Shown piece after piece: positions 8,579-17,289 of a stretch of 38,249 nucleotides of DNA (its first letter is position 1; each line of letters starts with the position of its first letter). The position numbers and the translations under genes were made by a program. Origin of the DNA: Promethearchaeota archaeon (GTDB lineage: Archaea; Asgardarchaeota; Lokiarchaeia; Sigyniarchaeales; SOKP01); assembly GCA_008080735.1 (NCBI GenBank), contig SHMW01000036.1:1-38249 (forward strand), in the 5' to 3' direction. The notes under the pieces are model-generated. The model was not told the DNA's origin, searched no databases, and was given only the letters and a program-made list of their open reading frames with translations.

Positions 8579-9229
8579 TTGGGACTAAAGGACAAATTGT
8601 TCCCTAAAAAGGGGAAGGACAAGGACGTTATAATCACTAAAGCGAAAAGCCACATTCGAAAATTGGCAATGATGAATAAGAACTATTCGAAAAGAGCGGA
8701 AATCAGTAGAAAGAATGCGAAAATTGCCTTACAACGCGGCGAAAAATCTCGAGCAAAAAACTATCTTATACAATATAAGAATTATCAAACGAAAATTGAC
8801 CGGACGAATAATATTAGGTCAAAAATCGAGCGTCAAATTCAAGCAATAGAAGAGGGGCAATTGATTTCACAAACTGGCGATTTAATGGGAGGGATGAGAG
8901 ATGAATTGAAAGAAATAGCCACAACTGCATCACCTACCAGAGCTGCTGAAATTAATGAGGACGCTGAATTATATGTCACCGAAATAGAAGAGGCTGCGGA
9001 TATTTTGGCGGGCGACCCTGAAATCGATTTGGCAATAGACGTGAGTGAAGAATTAGAACAATTAGAGACTGAAATGTTGTTAGAGAAAGGAGGGGAAATG
9101 CCAGAAGTTCCATCTGATGAATTACAGTATATTTCAGAAATTGATACCGAAGAAGTGCAACCTGAACTGCAAAATAAAGAGAAATTGCAGGAAGAGATTG
9201 AAAAGCTCCGAAAAGAGTTAGAAGAATAA
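8579..9229 (+). CDS. Snf7-domain ESCRT-III subunit (Vps20/Vps32/Vps60-like class)
   Basis: Basic N-terminal helical hairpin (AKIALQRGEKSRAKNYLIQYKNYQ...IERQIQAIEE), acidic C-terminal half, EELEQLE and MIM2-like MPEVP. TTG at 8579 (MGLKDKLFPKKGK) is preferred because AGGTG lies just upstream; the track start is GTG 8567. Confidence 0.88.
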   Translation: MGLKDKLFPKKGKDKDVIITKAKSHIRKLAMMNKNYSKRAEISRKNAKIALQRGEKSRAKNYLIQYKNYQTKIDRTNNIRSKIERQIQAIEEGQLISQTGDLMGGMRDELKEIATTASPTRAAEINEDAELYVTEIEEAADILAGDPEIDLAIDVSEELEQLETEMLLEKGGEMPEVPSDELQYISEIDTEEVQPELQNKEKLQEEIEKLRKELEE

Positions 9230-9270
9230 ATTAAATTATCTATTTTTTAGAAAGACCTATTCTCCTTTCC

Positions 9271-10317
9271 TTACTCAAAACTTTTAAGAGCTAAAATCAT
9301 ATTATTCAACTTACGTATGACGATTTCATATGCGAAGTTCTCTTCAAAAGAGTCTCTTAATGGTTGAAATCCGCAATCTGGTTTGACGATGAGATTTTCC
9401 CTGCCAACAATATCTATACCTTTTTGAATAGTTTTTTGAATGGTGGAAATGCTTTCTACATAATCAGACAGCGTTCCGTCTCTTTTTGGCTTTATTTTAG
9501 TCTCTAAGGCACCAAATCCCAAGTATTTGTCAACTTCTTTAAAATGGGTTTTCTTAAAAATGTCATAATTAGACGTATTACTTTGAAATTCATGATCTAA
9601 AATATTTACTTCGGTGTCCAAGAGAATATCTCGCAAATTAGGATTCAATTGTCCGCACACATGAATTGAAGAAACATCTTTAATTTCTGAAATTGCTCTA
9701 TTTAAAGTTTCAATCACAAAATCTCTGGAATGGAACATAACCTTTCTTCCCACGATTAATCCTAAAATAGGCTCATCCATGGATATTATATTGAATCCCA
9801 TATCATTGTAAGCTTTTCCAATGTTTTTCATTATTTTTGAAAATTTTTCGACAATCCAATCAACCATAATGGCTTTAGGTTCTTTAAATAACATCGTTTT
9901 AAGACCTTCTGAGATGTTCCCTTGTAATGTGATTTCACTTGCTAGTGTGAAAGGCCCTGTCAGACAAGCTTTTGTTCCACTTATCATATCATAGGAATTT
10001 GGATGATTTTGTAGATAATTTAACACAAATTCTCCGTATTCTAATGCAATAGGCTCATCTGGTATTTTGAAATCATCAGTAAGGATAAATTTACCGTCCT
10101 TTTGTTCTAATTCGGGGATGAGCTGTGATAAGGGCGTTAAAAATTGCGATATCATTGAGACTAATTGAGGATAGCAAGGAAAATCTATTCCAATGTTAAT
10201 TTGATCCTCTATAGCACGTTCCATATTGATTTGCGTATTTTGCAATGGAAAAGAGCCAACCACTGTAGTAGAAAGCCCAAGTTCATCTATATTCATACAT
10301 AAAATAAGGTTTATCAA
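9271..10317 (-). CDS. Core (single-domain) cobalamin-independent methionine synthase family methyltransferase
   Basis: TTVVGSFP, KACLTGPFTLA, MDEP and the Zn-ligand motifs HVCG and PDCG. The N-terminal MetE domain is absent. The start may be ATG 10296. Confidence 0.88.
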   Translation of the reverse strand: MINLILCMNIDELGLSTTVVGSFPLQNTQINMERAIEDQINIGIDFPCYPQLVSMISQFLTPLSQLIPELEQKDGKFILTDDFKIPDEPIALEYGEFVLNYLQNHPNSYDMISGTKACLTGPFTLASEITLQGNISEGLKTMLFKEPKAIMVDWIVEKFSKIMKNIGKAYNDMGFNIISMDEPILGLIVGRKVMFHSRDFVIETLNRAISEIKDVSSIHVCGQLNPNLRDILLDTEVNILDHEFQSNTSNYDIFKKTHFKEVDKYLGFGALETKIKPKRDGTLSDYVESISTIQKTIQKGIDIVGRENLIVKPDCGFQPLRDSFEENFAYEIVIRKLNNMILALKSFE

Positions 10318-10351
10318 AATATAAGTTTGATTTTAAAAACATGGGGAAGAA

Positions 10352-12580
10352 TTAAGAAAAATATTTCTTATTGTCATACTTTCGTCCAATATTTTTTATT
10401 GCTTCATTTTCTCGTATACGCTCGTCAAGCGAACGGATTTTTTTATTAATCATATAAAGATCTTGCTTTAAATTTTTAAATGCCCTTAAATAATCAACTT
10501 CTGTAATTTTTCCCTCATCGAATTTTCTATCTAAGTTTTTCAGCGTTTCATGAACACTGAATCTCTCCTTTTTAAGTTCAGTCATTTTTTTATGACAATC
10601 ATCACGCTCTCCCAAATGATCCTTATTTTGATAATTTTTCGGATCAAATGAAAGATTATCATCTCTAAAATATTCCGATAAATAATTTCGAGTGTAATCC
10701 TGAGTCGAAGGGTCAAGTCGAGGATTATTGTAAAACGACTCGGCAGATCGGCTATAGGTTTCTTGGTTAACATAATCATTAAATGCATTTCTCAAATTAT
10801 TATTGGGGAATCCTTGTTTTTGAAATCGTTCAAGCTGCTTCATTAAAATATTTTTTTCTTCAGAATTACTTGGAATTGGCTCATTTCTTGAAAAATTTCG
10901 AGGATTGTAGTTTTGATACCGGTTTGGATAGAGAATGTTCTGAAAACGGAAATTTTGAGAATGATTTGAATTATTAGGATATTGAGTATCATTAGGGGCG
11001 ATTGATGATGTTCCATATTGATGATTGTTATAATGTGGGACTCGACTCTGAGAATTGTATGGGTGATTTTGGTTATTCGGATAACTTTGCTGATATGGAG
11101 GTTCAATATACGGGTTTATATAGTAATTCGGTGGTGGAGGCGTGTTTCGGTTGTCGTTATGGTAATTATTTTGTCTATGAGGGTATTGGTTTTGTCGCGA
11201 TTGATAAGAATTGTTTTCATAACGTATGGGAGCTTGTTGATATCCTTGATTATAATTACCTGAATTTGGGTTTTGAGAGGAATATTCTGGATAGTCTCCA
11301 TTAGCTCTATTGGCATAATTCAGATTATTTTTTTCAGTATCATGGTTTTTTTCATTGTTAATCTTACATTTTAAGCTAAAAAATGAATTTATACCATCTT
11401 CGATGAAATTTTTTAAATTTGTAAGATCTGCATTGAGTTTCTCAATTTTTTTGGCAGATTCTTTATCATAAATTGCCGTTTCATCAAAATTTCGAGCCAA
11501 AAGAATATATTCAATAACTCTGGAAATCGCTTTATTTGGCAATGAAAATTCATATTCTCCATAAGCGAATTTGATATATAATTTTTTAAACAATTTTCCC
11601 TTTTCCTTTATCCTTTGAAGATCATCTACAGGTGCCTTGAAAATTAATTCTTGTTTTTTTTTGAAAAATCCATATTCATGAACAAATGATAAGTCTAGAT
11701 TAGTGATAAACAGAATCCCGTTTCTTCTTTTAAAAATATCTTGATAATTTGTACCGCTGGATAATTTTGCATTAATCGCATAAACGGGTTTCTCATCATC
11801 TGCTAAATTGATGAAACGTTTATACTCTGTAAAGTATTTTGTGATTTTATCTATAAACGAGAGATTCTTTTTAATGGATTCAATATCATTATTGATTGTT
11901 CCAATATTATCTTCTATAAACTCATCAATTGATTCTCGACTTCTGTATAAATTTTCTAAAATCCCTTCTATAATTCTAATACTCGTATTAGGCTGCGAGT
12001 AAATATCAAAGAAATACTCCTTATTAAGAGATAGATGATGGAAATGTATGCTAATCTTCTCTAATAACTGATCTTCTATATATTTCAATAATTTAAATAA
12101 TGAAAAAAGTTCTGATTCCATTTTAGGAAAATGATAACATCGTATAGGTGGGGCTCGGGCTTTTTTCACTTTTTCCCGTATCATATAAAGATTATTTATA
12201 ACTTCTCTGAAAGGATCCAAAAAATTTCTGGTCTCTTTGATTAGCTCTAAAAAAGTTTGCTCTAATTTCTCTTTTTTTTCATAAATATTTATAATTCGAT
12301 GCGAATGGCATTTAGGACAAGATTTTATGTATTGTGTAACGTTTATCACATTTTCACTCCCACAATCTGCACAAATTTTAATCTTCCCTATTTTTTTTTC
12401 CTCAGATTCTTGAATTTGAATATTTTTAGAATTACAATCTTGGCACACTAAGGATTCAACTTTATCATCATCAAGACAGTCAGAGCAGCAGCTCGCACCG
12501 CAATTTTCACAATAATAAGCTAAAGGTTCTCTACCTTGGCAGAATCTACAAAAATGATTCTCTATTAAATGCTCTGACAT
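10352..12580 (-). CDS. Multidomain protein: B-box/Zn-ribbon cluster, coiled coil, PH-like domain, N/Q/Y/P-rich low-complexity region, steadiness-box-like C-terminus
   Basis: 742-aa ORF with CRFC, CENC..CC.DC, CQDC, CADC and CPKC; GILFITNLDLSF...APVDDLQRI PH-like pattern; N/Q/Y-rich tract; terminal HETLKNLDRKFDEGKITEVDYLRAFKNL. Domain identities are by eye. Confidence 0.7.
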   Translation of the reverse strand: MSEHLIENHFCRFCQGREPLAYYCENCGASCCSDCLDDDKVESLVCQDCNSKNIQIQESEEKKIGKIKICADCGSENVINVTQYIKSCPKCHSHRIINIYEKKEKLEQTFLELIKETRNFLDPFREVINNLYMIREKVKKARAPPIRCYHFPKMESELFSLFKLLKYIEDQLLEKISIHFHHLSLNKEYFFDIYSQPNTSIRIIEGILENLYRSRESIDEFIEDNIGTINNDIESIKKNLSFIDKITKYFTEYKRFINLADDEKPVYAINAKLSSGTNYQDIFKRRNGILFITNLDLSFVHEYGFFKKKQELIFKAPVDDLQRIKEKGKLFKKLYIKFAYGEYEFSLPNKAISRVIEYILLARNFDETAIYDKESAKKIEKLNADLTNLKNFIEDGINSFFSLKCKINNEKNHDTEKNNLNYANRANGDYPEYSSQNPNSGNYNQGYQQAPIRYENNSYQSRQNQYPHRQNNYHNDNRNTPPPPNYYINPYIEPPYQQSYPNNQNHPYNSQSRVPHYNNHQYGTSSIAPNDTQYPNNSNHSQNFRFQNILYPNRYQNYNPRNFSRNEPIPSNSEEKNILMKQLERFQKQGFPNNNLRNAFNDYVNQETYSRSAESFYNNPRLDPSTQDYTRNYLSEYFRDDNLSFDPKNYQNKDHLGERDDCHKKMTELKKERFSVHETLKNLDRKFDEGKITEVDYLRAFKNLKQDLYMINKKIRSLDERIRENEAIKNIGRKYDNKKYFS

Positions 12581-12843
12581 TTTAATTTTTTTCCTTTATG
12601 AATAAAGAACAAATCGCTTTATTATTAGAAGGTGAGGTATACTTTTATTTTGCTATGTTATTTATGTATTACGTTTTTTAAATCAAAAATAAAGGGCGAG
12701 ATTCAAATAGCTGAAGAAACCCTATAGATAAAATTATATATTGGAAAATTTATAGAATTTAGCCGAAAGACCTAAAATAAGTGAGACATTAACATAAAAG
12801 AGAACCCCTATAGAATAAAAAATTCTATGATTTCTTTATTAAT

Positions 12844-13320
12844 ATGGTAGAATGTTATCCTATTAAGAAAATATCTTATTATGGGACATTTGTATTTCTA
12901 GATTTAGATAGGTTTCGCAATTGCATTGAAAAAAAAGGATGGTCAGAATTTAAGCCAAATTCTATTAGTGGATTTTTAACTGAAGAGTTGGAAAAATATG
13001 TAAGAAAATATCGCGGTTTAGTTATATGGGGATTGAATAAGAGGAGAGGTACTGAAGAAGCGATTTTATTTTTTCATCAAAAATCGAAAATAATTTATGA
13101 ATTGTTCGAAAATATTAGGCGAAAAATAAAAAGATTAGCAGAAAAATTAGATGCTCCAACAAGCTTAAGTATAGGCATGGTAAGAGGGGCAGCACCATTA
13201 ATTAAACAAATCAAATCTCATAATAAAAAAGAATTTAAAAAGGATCCAAATATTTTAATGGCGTATAGGGCACTTAAAAAAGCCAAAAAGAATGGAGGAA
13301 ATTGTATTGTCCAACTCTAA
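12844..13320 (+). CDS. Stand-alone divergent GGDEF-like nucleotidyl cyclase-fold protein
   Basis: FLDLDRFR, RRGTEEAIL, LSIGMV and AYRALKKAKKNGGNCIV correspond in order to the GGDEF hallmarks DxDxFK, RxGGEEF, SIG and ADxALYxAKxxGRN. Confidence 0.75.
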   Translation: MVECYPIKKISYYGTFVFLDLDRFRNCIEKKGWSEFKPNSISGFLTEELEKYVRKYRGLVIWGLNKRRGTEEAILFFHQKSKIIYELFENIRRKIKRLAEKLDAPTSLSIGMVRGAAPLIKQIKSHNKKEFKKDPNILMAYRALKKAKKNGGNCIVQL

Positions 13321-13358
13321 AATGTATGAAAATAAACCTAAAAATAATCGATAGATAA

Positions 13359-13934
13359 ATGACTATTATCGATACTCATATTCATCTTGAAGGGCGCTCT
13401 TCATGTTCCGTTTTACCCGCACAAAGATTATACGGGAATTTATCTCCTCGATTGGATGGAATTTGCATCACAGATCATTGGGTTCTTAAGGAGTATAAAA
13501 AATTTTCCCTAACAGAGTTTAAAGTCTTCTTCGGAGTAGAGTTAAGAAGCACGGAAGGGGATATATTAGCTTATGGTTTAGATATGCTTCCCTCCCAAGA
13601 TTTAACCACTAAACAAATGATTAATTTTATTCATATGCATAACGGAGTTGCTGTGGCAGCACATCCCTTTTCCAATCGTCATCTTGCGTTTCATGATGCC
13701 GTTTTTAATTATAATTTCGATGCAATAGAGATAAACGGCGCTATAGGAAAGAAAAGCAATGAATTAGCAAAACAAGCGGCAATTTCAATGAATTTGCCCA
13801 TGACGGGGGGGAGTGATGCTCATTCAGTAGAACAATTGAACAGCATAGCGACGCATTTTGATACTAAGATAGAATCAGTAAGAGATATAGTAAATGCTAT
13901 CAGAGCTAAAAAATGTCGTCCTATAAATATCTAG
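13359..13934 (+). CDS. PHP-family metal-dependent phosphoesterase
   Basis: DTHIH, ITDH, GVE, AAHPF, AIEING and GGSDAH. Confidence 0.92.
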   Translation: MTIIDTHIHLEGRSSCSVLPAQRLYGNLSPRLDGICITDHWVLKEYKKFSLTEFKVFFGVELRSTEGDILAYGLDMLPSQDLTTKQMINFIHMHNGVAVAAHPFSNRHLAFHDAVFNYNFDAIEINGAIGKKSNELAKQAAISMNLPMTGGSDAHSVEQLNSIATHFDTKIESVRDIVNAIRAKKCRPINI

Positions 13935-14042
13935 TCAAATTTAGTATCGTATATCTTCCTTAAAATTAAAAAATTAACTAAAATCAAATAAGTTTAATCC
14001 CATTAACGGATGATATTGAGCGATTTCCTACGAAGTAGAGAG

Positions 14043-14336
14043 TTATTTAATAATCTTTATTACTTCTCCTAAAGCTTGACCAGGCAATCCTGCCTTTTTA
14101 AAATTAGCTCTCACTGCTCCATTATTTCCATGGGCACGACTAATTTTACCTTTCAGTTCTTTGCCAGCTGGACTATACCATACAACGGTCCGACCAATAA
14201 GCTTATTTGCTTCCTTTCTGGTATTAATGCTCGGAAAAACAAGGATACACTGTTTTGGATGTATAACGTGTCTTGATCTCCTATAATTGGCAATCCTTCC
14301 TTCCATGCCGATAACAGTTGTTTTATTTTTACTCAT
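14043..14336 (-). CDS. rpl35ae: Large ribosomal subunit protein eL33 (L35Ae)
   Basis: YRRS..., LIGRTVVW, GKISRAHGNNGAVRANF...LPGQALG. Confidence 0.95.
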   Translation of the reverse strand: MSKNKTTVIGMEGRIANYRRSRHVIHPKQCILVFPSINTRKEANKLIGRTVVWYSPAGKELKGKISRAHGNNGAVRANFKKAGLPGQALGEVIKIIK

Positions 14337-14459
14337 GGCTATAATGTTCTTTTCCTACTATTTAACAAACAAAGTATTTAAAAAAATAAAAAATTTTAGG
14401 TTTGGATTCAAATTTAATTACTCTAAGATGTAATAATTATTTGAAATTAATTTTTTAAC

Positions 14460-15860
14460 TTGGTAGCTATGAAAGCAGGATTTTCAAAAATTAAAATAAC
14501 ACCAGAGAATTATATAGGGATACCTATGGCAGGATATTCGCGTCCAGATCCTTGTTTAGGTAAGCTAGATGATATATTTGTAAGAGGAATCCTAATTGAA
14601 AGTGAGGAATCGCAAGGTAATAACCGATTTCTGCTCTTACTCTCATTTGATCTCTTGAAACTTCCGAGATCCATTGTCTCCTATTTCAGTGATAGAATTA
14701 TAGAAAAATATGACTGGATTTCAAGAGAAAATATACTATTTCATGCGACTCATACTCATTCTGCTCCTGATCTAACTGGAGAGTTTCATTGGCCTGGTGG
14801 AACACTTTCAGTAGTCAAGGGTATTATGTTTGGAGTAAATAAAAATGATAAGTATATTGTATGGATAAGTCACCAAGTATTAAAATTGATAGGGAAATTA
14901 AAAAAATCGTTAAGAACAGCAAAATTGGCTTGGAGAAAGGAGATTTTCAATCCAAATCTAGTGATTAATAGAAGACACCCATCAAGAGTACCAGAGACCG
15001 AACTTGGAATAATATCATTTAAAGATCTAGATGATACTTTATTTGGGCTGATTATTAATTATCAGTGCCATCCTACCACTCTCTCATTATTCAATAATAA
15101 ACTTTCCGCAGACTTTCCCGGACAGGTTATCTCTAAAATTTCAGAACTAACAGATAATAATGTTAAGAGTATATACTTCAATGGACCTGCCGGGGATTTA
15201 AATCCTATTACTACATGTGGTACTGATTACAAGGGTTTAGAACAAAATAAATCTCCAATCTATACCCAATTGGGAACTTATGAACATACCAAAAAGCTCG
15301 GATTTCAGATCGCAAAAGAAGCATTAGCATTAAGTTATTCAATTCCAGATGAAAACTATAATAAAATGATCAAAATCCGCTCCAATATAAAGATACTTTC
15401 AATACCTTTTAGAGATGCTCGATATTTCTCGTCTGAATGGTTTCAAAACAAGTTAATCCATGCTATCAAAAAGTATATATTATTACCTGTAATTTTGAGT
15501 CTCTATGATAAAAATAATTTTCCTATCTTCCAAATCGAGAAACAAGGAGCAAGAATTTATGCAAAAACTCTTTTTCAATTTATTGAATTCTCCATTGGAG
15601 AAGACAAAGACAAAAAATTTAATATTTTCACTGTTCCTGGAGAATTATTCGAAGATATTGGTAATTCTCTTCTTGAAAAATCTCCCGCTGGAAAGAAAAA
15701 TAGTATTTTAATTCAGAATGCAAATGATTGGATTGCGTATCTTTTTCCAATCGATGAATATGTAGAGATAGGGGGATATGAACCAGTCGCGAGTTTTGGT
15801 CCCTTATGTGGATATTATATTGAACGAGAAATATTAGATTTTTTTAAAAACCATACTTAA
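14460..15860 (+). CDS. Neutral/alkaline ceramidase-like Zn amidohydrolase family protein
   Basis: KAGFSKIKITP, PMAGY, HATHTHSAP, CHPT, SADFPG, NGPAGD, PGELF and GGYE. The start may be ATG 14469. Confidence 0.82.
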   Translation: MVAMKAGFSKIKITPENYIGIPMAGYSRPDPCLGKLDDIFVRGILIESEESQGNNRFLLLLSFDLLKLPRSIVSYFSDRIIEKYDWISRENILFHATHTHSAPDLTGEFHWPGGTLSVVKGIMFGVNKNDKYIVWISHQVLKLIGKLKKSLRTAKLAWRKEIFNPNLVINRRHPSRVPETELGIISFKDLDDTLFGLIINYQCHPTTLSLFNNKLSADFPGQVISKISELTDNNVKSIYFNGPAGDLNPITTCGTDYKGLEQNKSPIYTQLGTYEHTKKLGFQIAKEALALSYSIPDENYNKMIKIRSNIKILSIPFRDARYFSSEWFQNKLIHAIKKYILLPVILSLYDKNNFPIFQIEKQGARIYAKTLFQFIEFSIGEDKDKKFNIFTVPGELFEDIGNSLLEKSPAGKKNSILIQNANDWIAYLFPIDEYVEIGGYEPVASFGPLCGYYIEREILDFFKNHT

Positions 15861-15921
15861 TCGGCATACTATAAGAGAAAATGAAGATAATTATTAAGAA
15901 AAAGAGTATATTGGCTTTTCT

Positions 15922-17124
15922 CTATATTATTAAATCATACGCTTTTTGCCATGCATTTTGGTTGATCTGATGCAATTTTTGTTCAAAATCTTTGTGATCT
16001 AATTCATCTTCCTCCTCAACGAGATTCTGAACGTCTATGTAAACATTTCTTTCAATGGAATCCATTTCATTTACATATGTACGCTTATTTTTCTCGTTTA
16101 CTAATTTTTTAAAGGGATTGATGAATTTTTGATGGCGTATCCAATACCAGTCTTCATTCTTCTGTTTATAAGGACCTGGTTCTAATGCTTTCTGTCTGTT
16201 AATCGGAAAAACATAGGGTTTATACATACTTAAACAAGGTTTGGAACTTCCGGTAAACCAATGAATGGACGTTTTTCCATTCGATTTCAATTCAGAAACT
16301 TGAGACCCAGTCGTCTGAAATTGTCCATGCATACATAAACCGGCTTCATGTTCACGTAGAAATTCCATCATCATATCAACGGTGACATTCCCAATATTTT
16401 CTTCAAGTAATTCATTAGATTTTACTTGTCTATAAGTTAAAGGAACCTCCTCGGGAACAGATCTTTGAGAAAAAATTCGAGCAAAATCAAAATCTTCCTC
16501 CGATTGACAATAATCTTCTTCAATAGCATGCTGTACAATTCCTTCTCGTCTTAAATCTCCCTTTCCTCGGATCGACAAGTTATTGGAAATGGATCGTGCC
16601 TTCTCAACCTTTTCAGCCACCCACCACTCATCTGCAGTTTCCAAAACATAAGCTTCCTTTTGATCAGCAATAAGATACGAGTTGTGATAATACCATCCAT
16701 GACCTTCATATGCACAATCACCACCTTGCCCGTGCTCCTCCAATAACTCAGTTATAACTGATAAAGCTTCTTGTGCGTTTTTTGCTCGTTCAAGCCCTAG
16801 TCTTAATAGATCCATCCCAAGGAGACCTTCTTTTTTTAGTTCCTCTTTTGTATAAACCGCTTCGTTTCCAATCGCTACTCCAAATTCGTTAGCTCCCATT
16901 TCTGCTCCCCACATCCAATATGGTTGACTTAAAATTATCTCATAAGTTTGTTCAACTTGGGGAATAGATATATAGGTACACTGAACATCTTCTCCTTTCT
17001 CGTAGGTTTGGCGGGATACAGAAGTTATTAATTGTATTTCATCTTGAGGTCTGTCGGAATTTTTCCCAAAAATCGTATGTCCTTTGATTGTGGCTTCAGG
17101 TAATGCTACTAACGTATCACACAT
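15922..17124 (-). CDS. Secernin/peptidase C69 family Ntn hydrolase (copy 1)
   Basis: N-terminal MCDT, GKNSDRP, WMWGAEMGANEFGVAIGNEAV, LLGMDLLRLGLER and YHNSYLIAD. Confidence 0.92.
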   Translation of the reverse strand: MCDTLVALPEATIKGHTIFGKNSDRPQDEIQLITSVSRQTYEKGEDVQCTYISIPQVEQTYEIILSQPYWMWGAEMGANEFGVAIGNEAVYTKEELKKEGLLGMDLLRLGLERAKNAQEALSVITELLEEHGQGGDCAYEGHGWYYHNSYLIADQKEAYVLETADEWWVAEKVEKARSISNNLSIRGKGDLRREGIVQHAIEEDYCQSEEDFDFARIFSQRSVPEEVPLTYRQVKSNELLEENIGNVTVDMMMEFLREHEAGLCMHGQFQTTGSQVSELKSNGKTSIHWFTGSSKPCLSMYKPYVFPINRQKALEPGPYKQKNEDWYWIRHQKFINPFKKLVNEKNKRTYVNEMDSIERNVYIDVQNLVEEEDELDHKDFEQKLHQINQNAWQKAYDLII

Positions 17125-17289
17125 AATAAATGAATTATTTTGATGTAATTAATAGTTGGAATAAATAGAAAACTAATTTATTAGATCATACAAATTGATT
17201 TAAAACTTAGGTTTATAAACTATTTACTCTACAGGATATAAAAGAAGAAAAAGGATGCAAGATTTTTATTTTCGAGTTTTCAGAGCTCG

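Noticed and set aside
10582-12002. Cluster of short overlapping ORFs on both strands inside the 742-aa gene
   Set aside because: They are explained by stop-poor alternative frames in low-complexity AAT/CAA/TAT-rich coding DNA and show no recognisable motifs.
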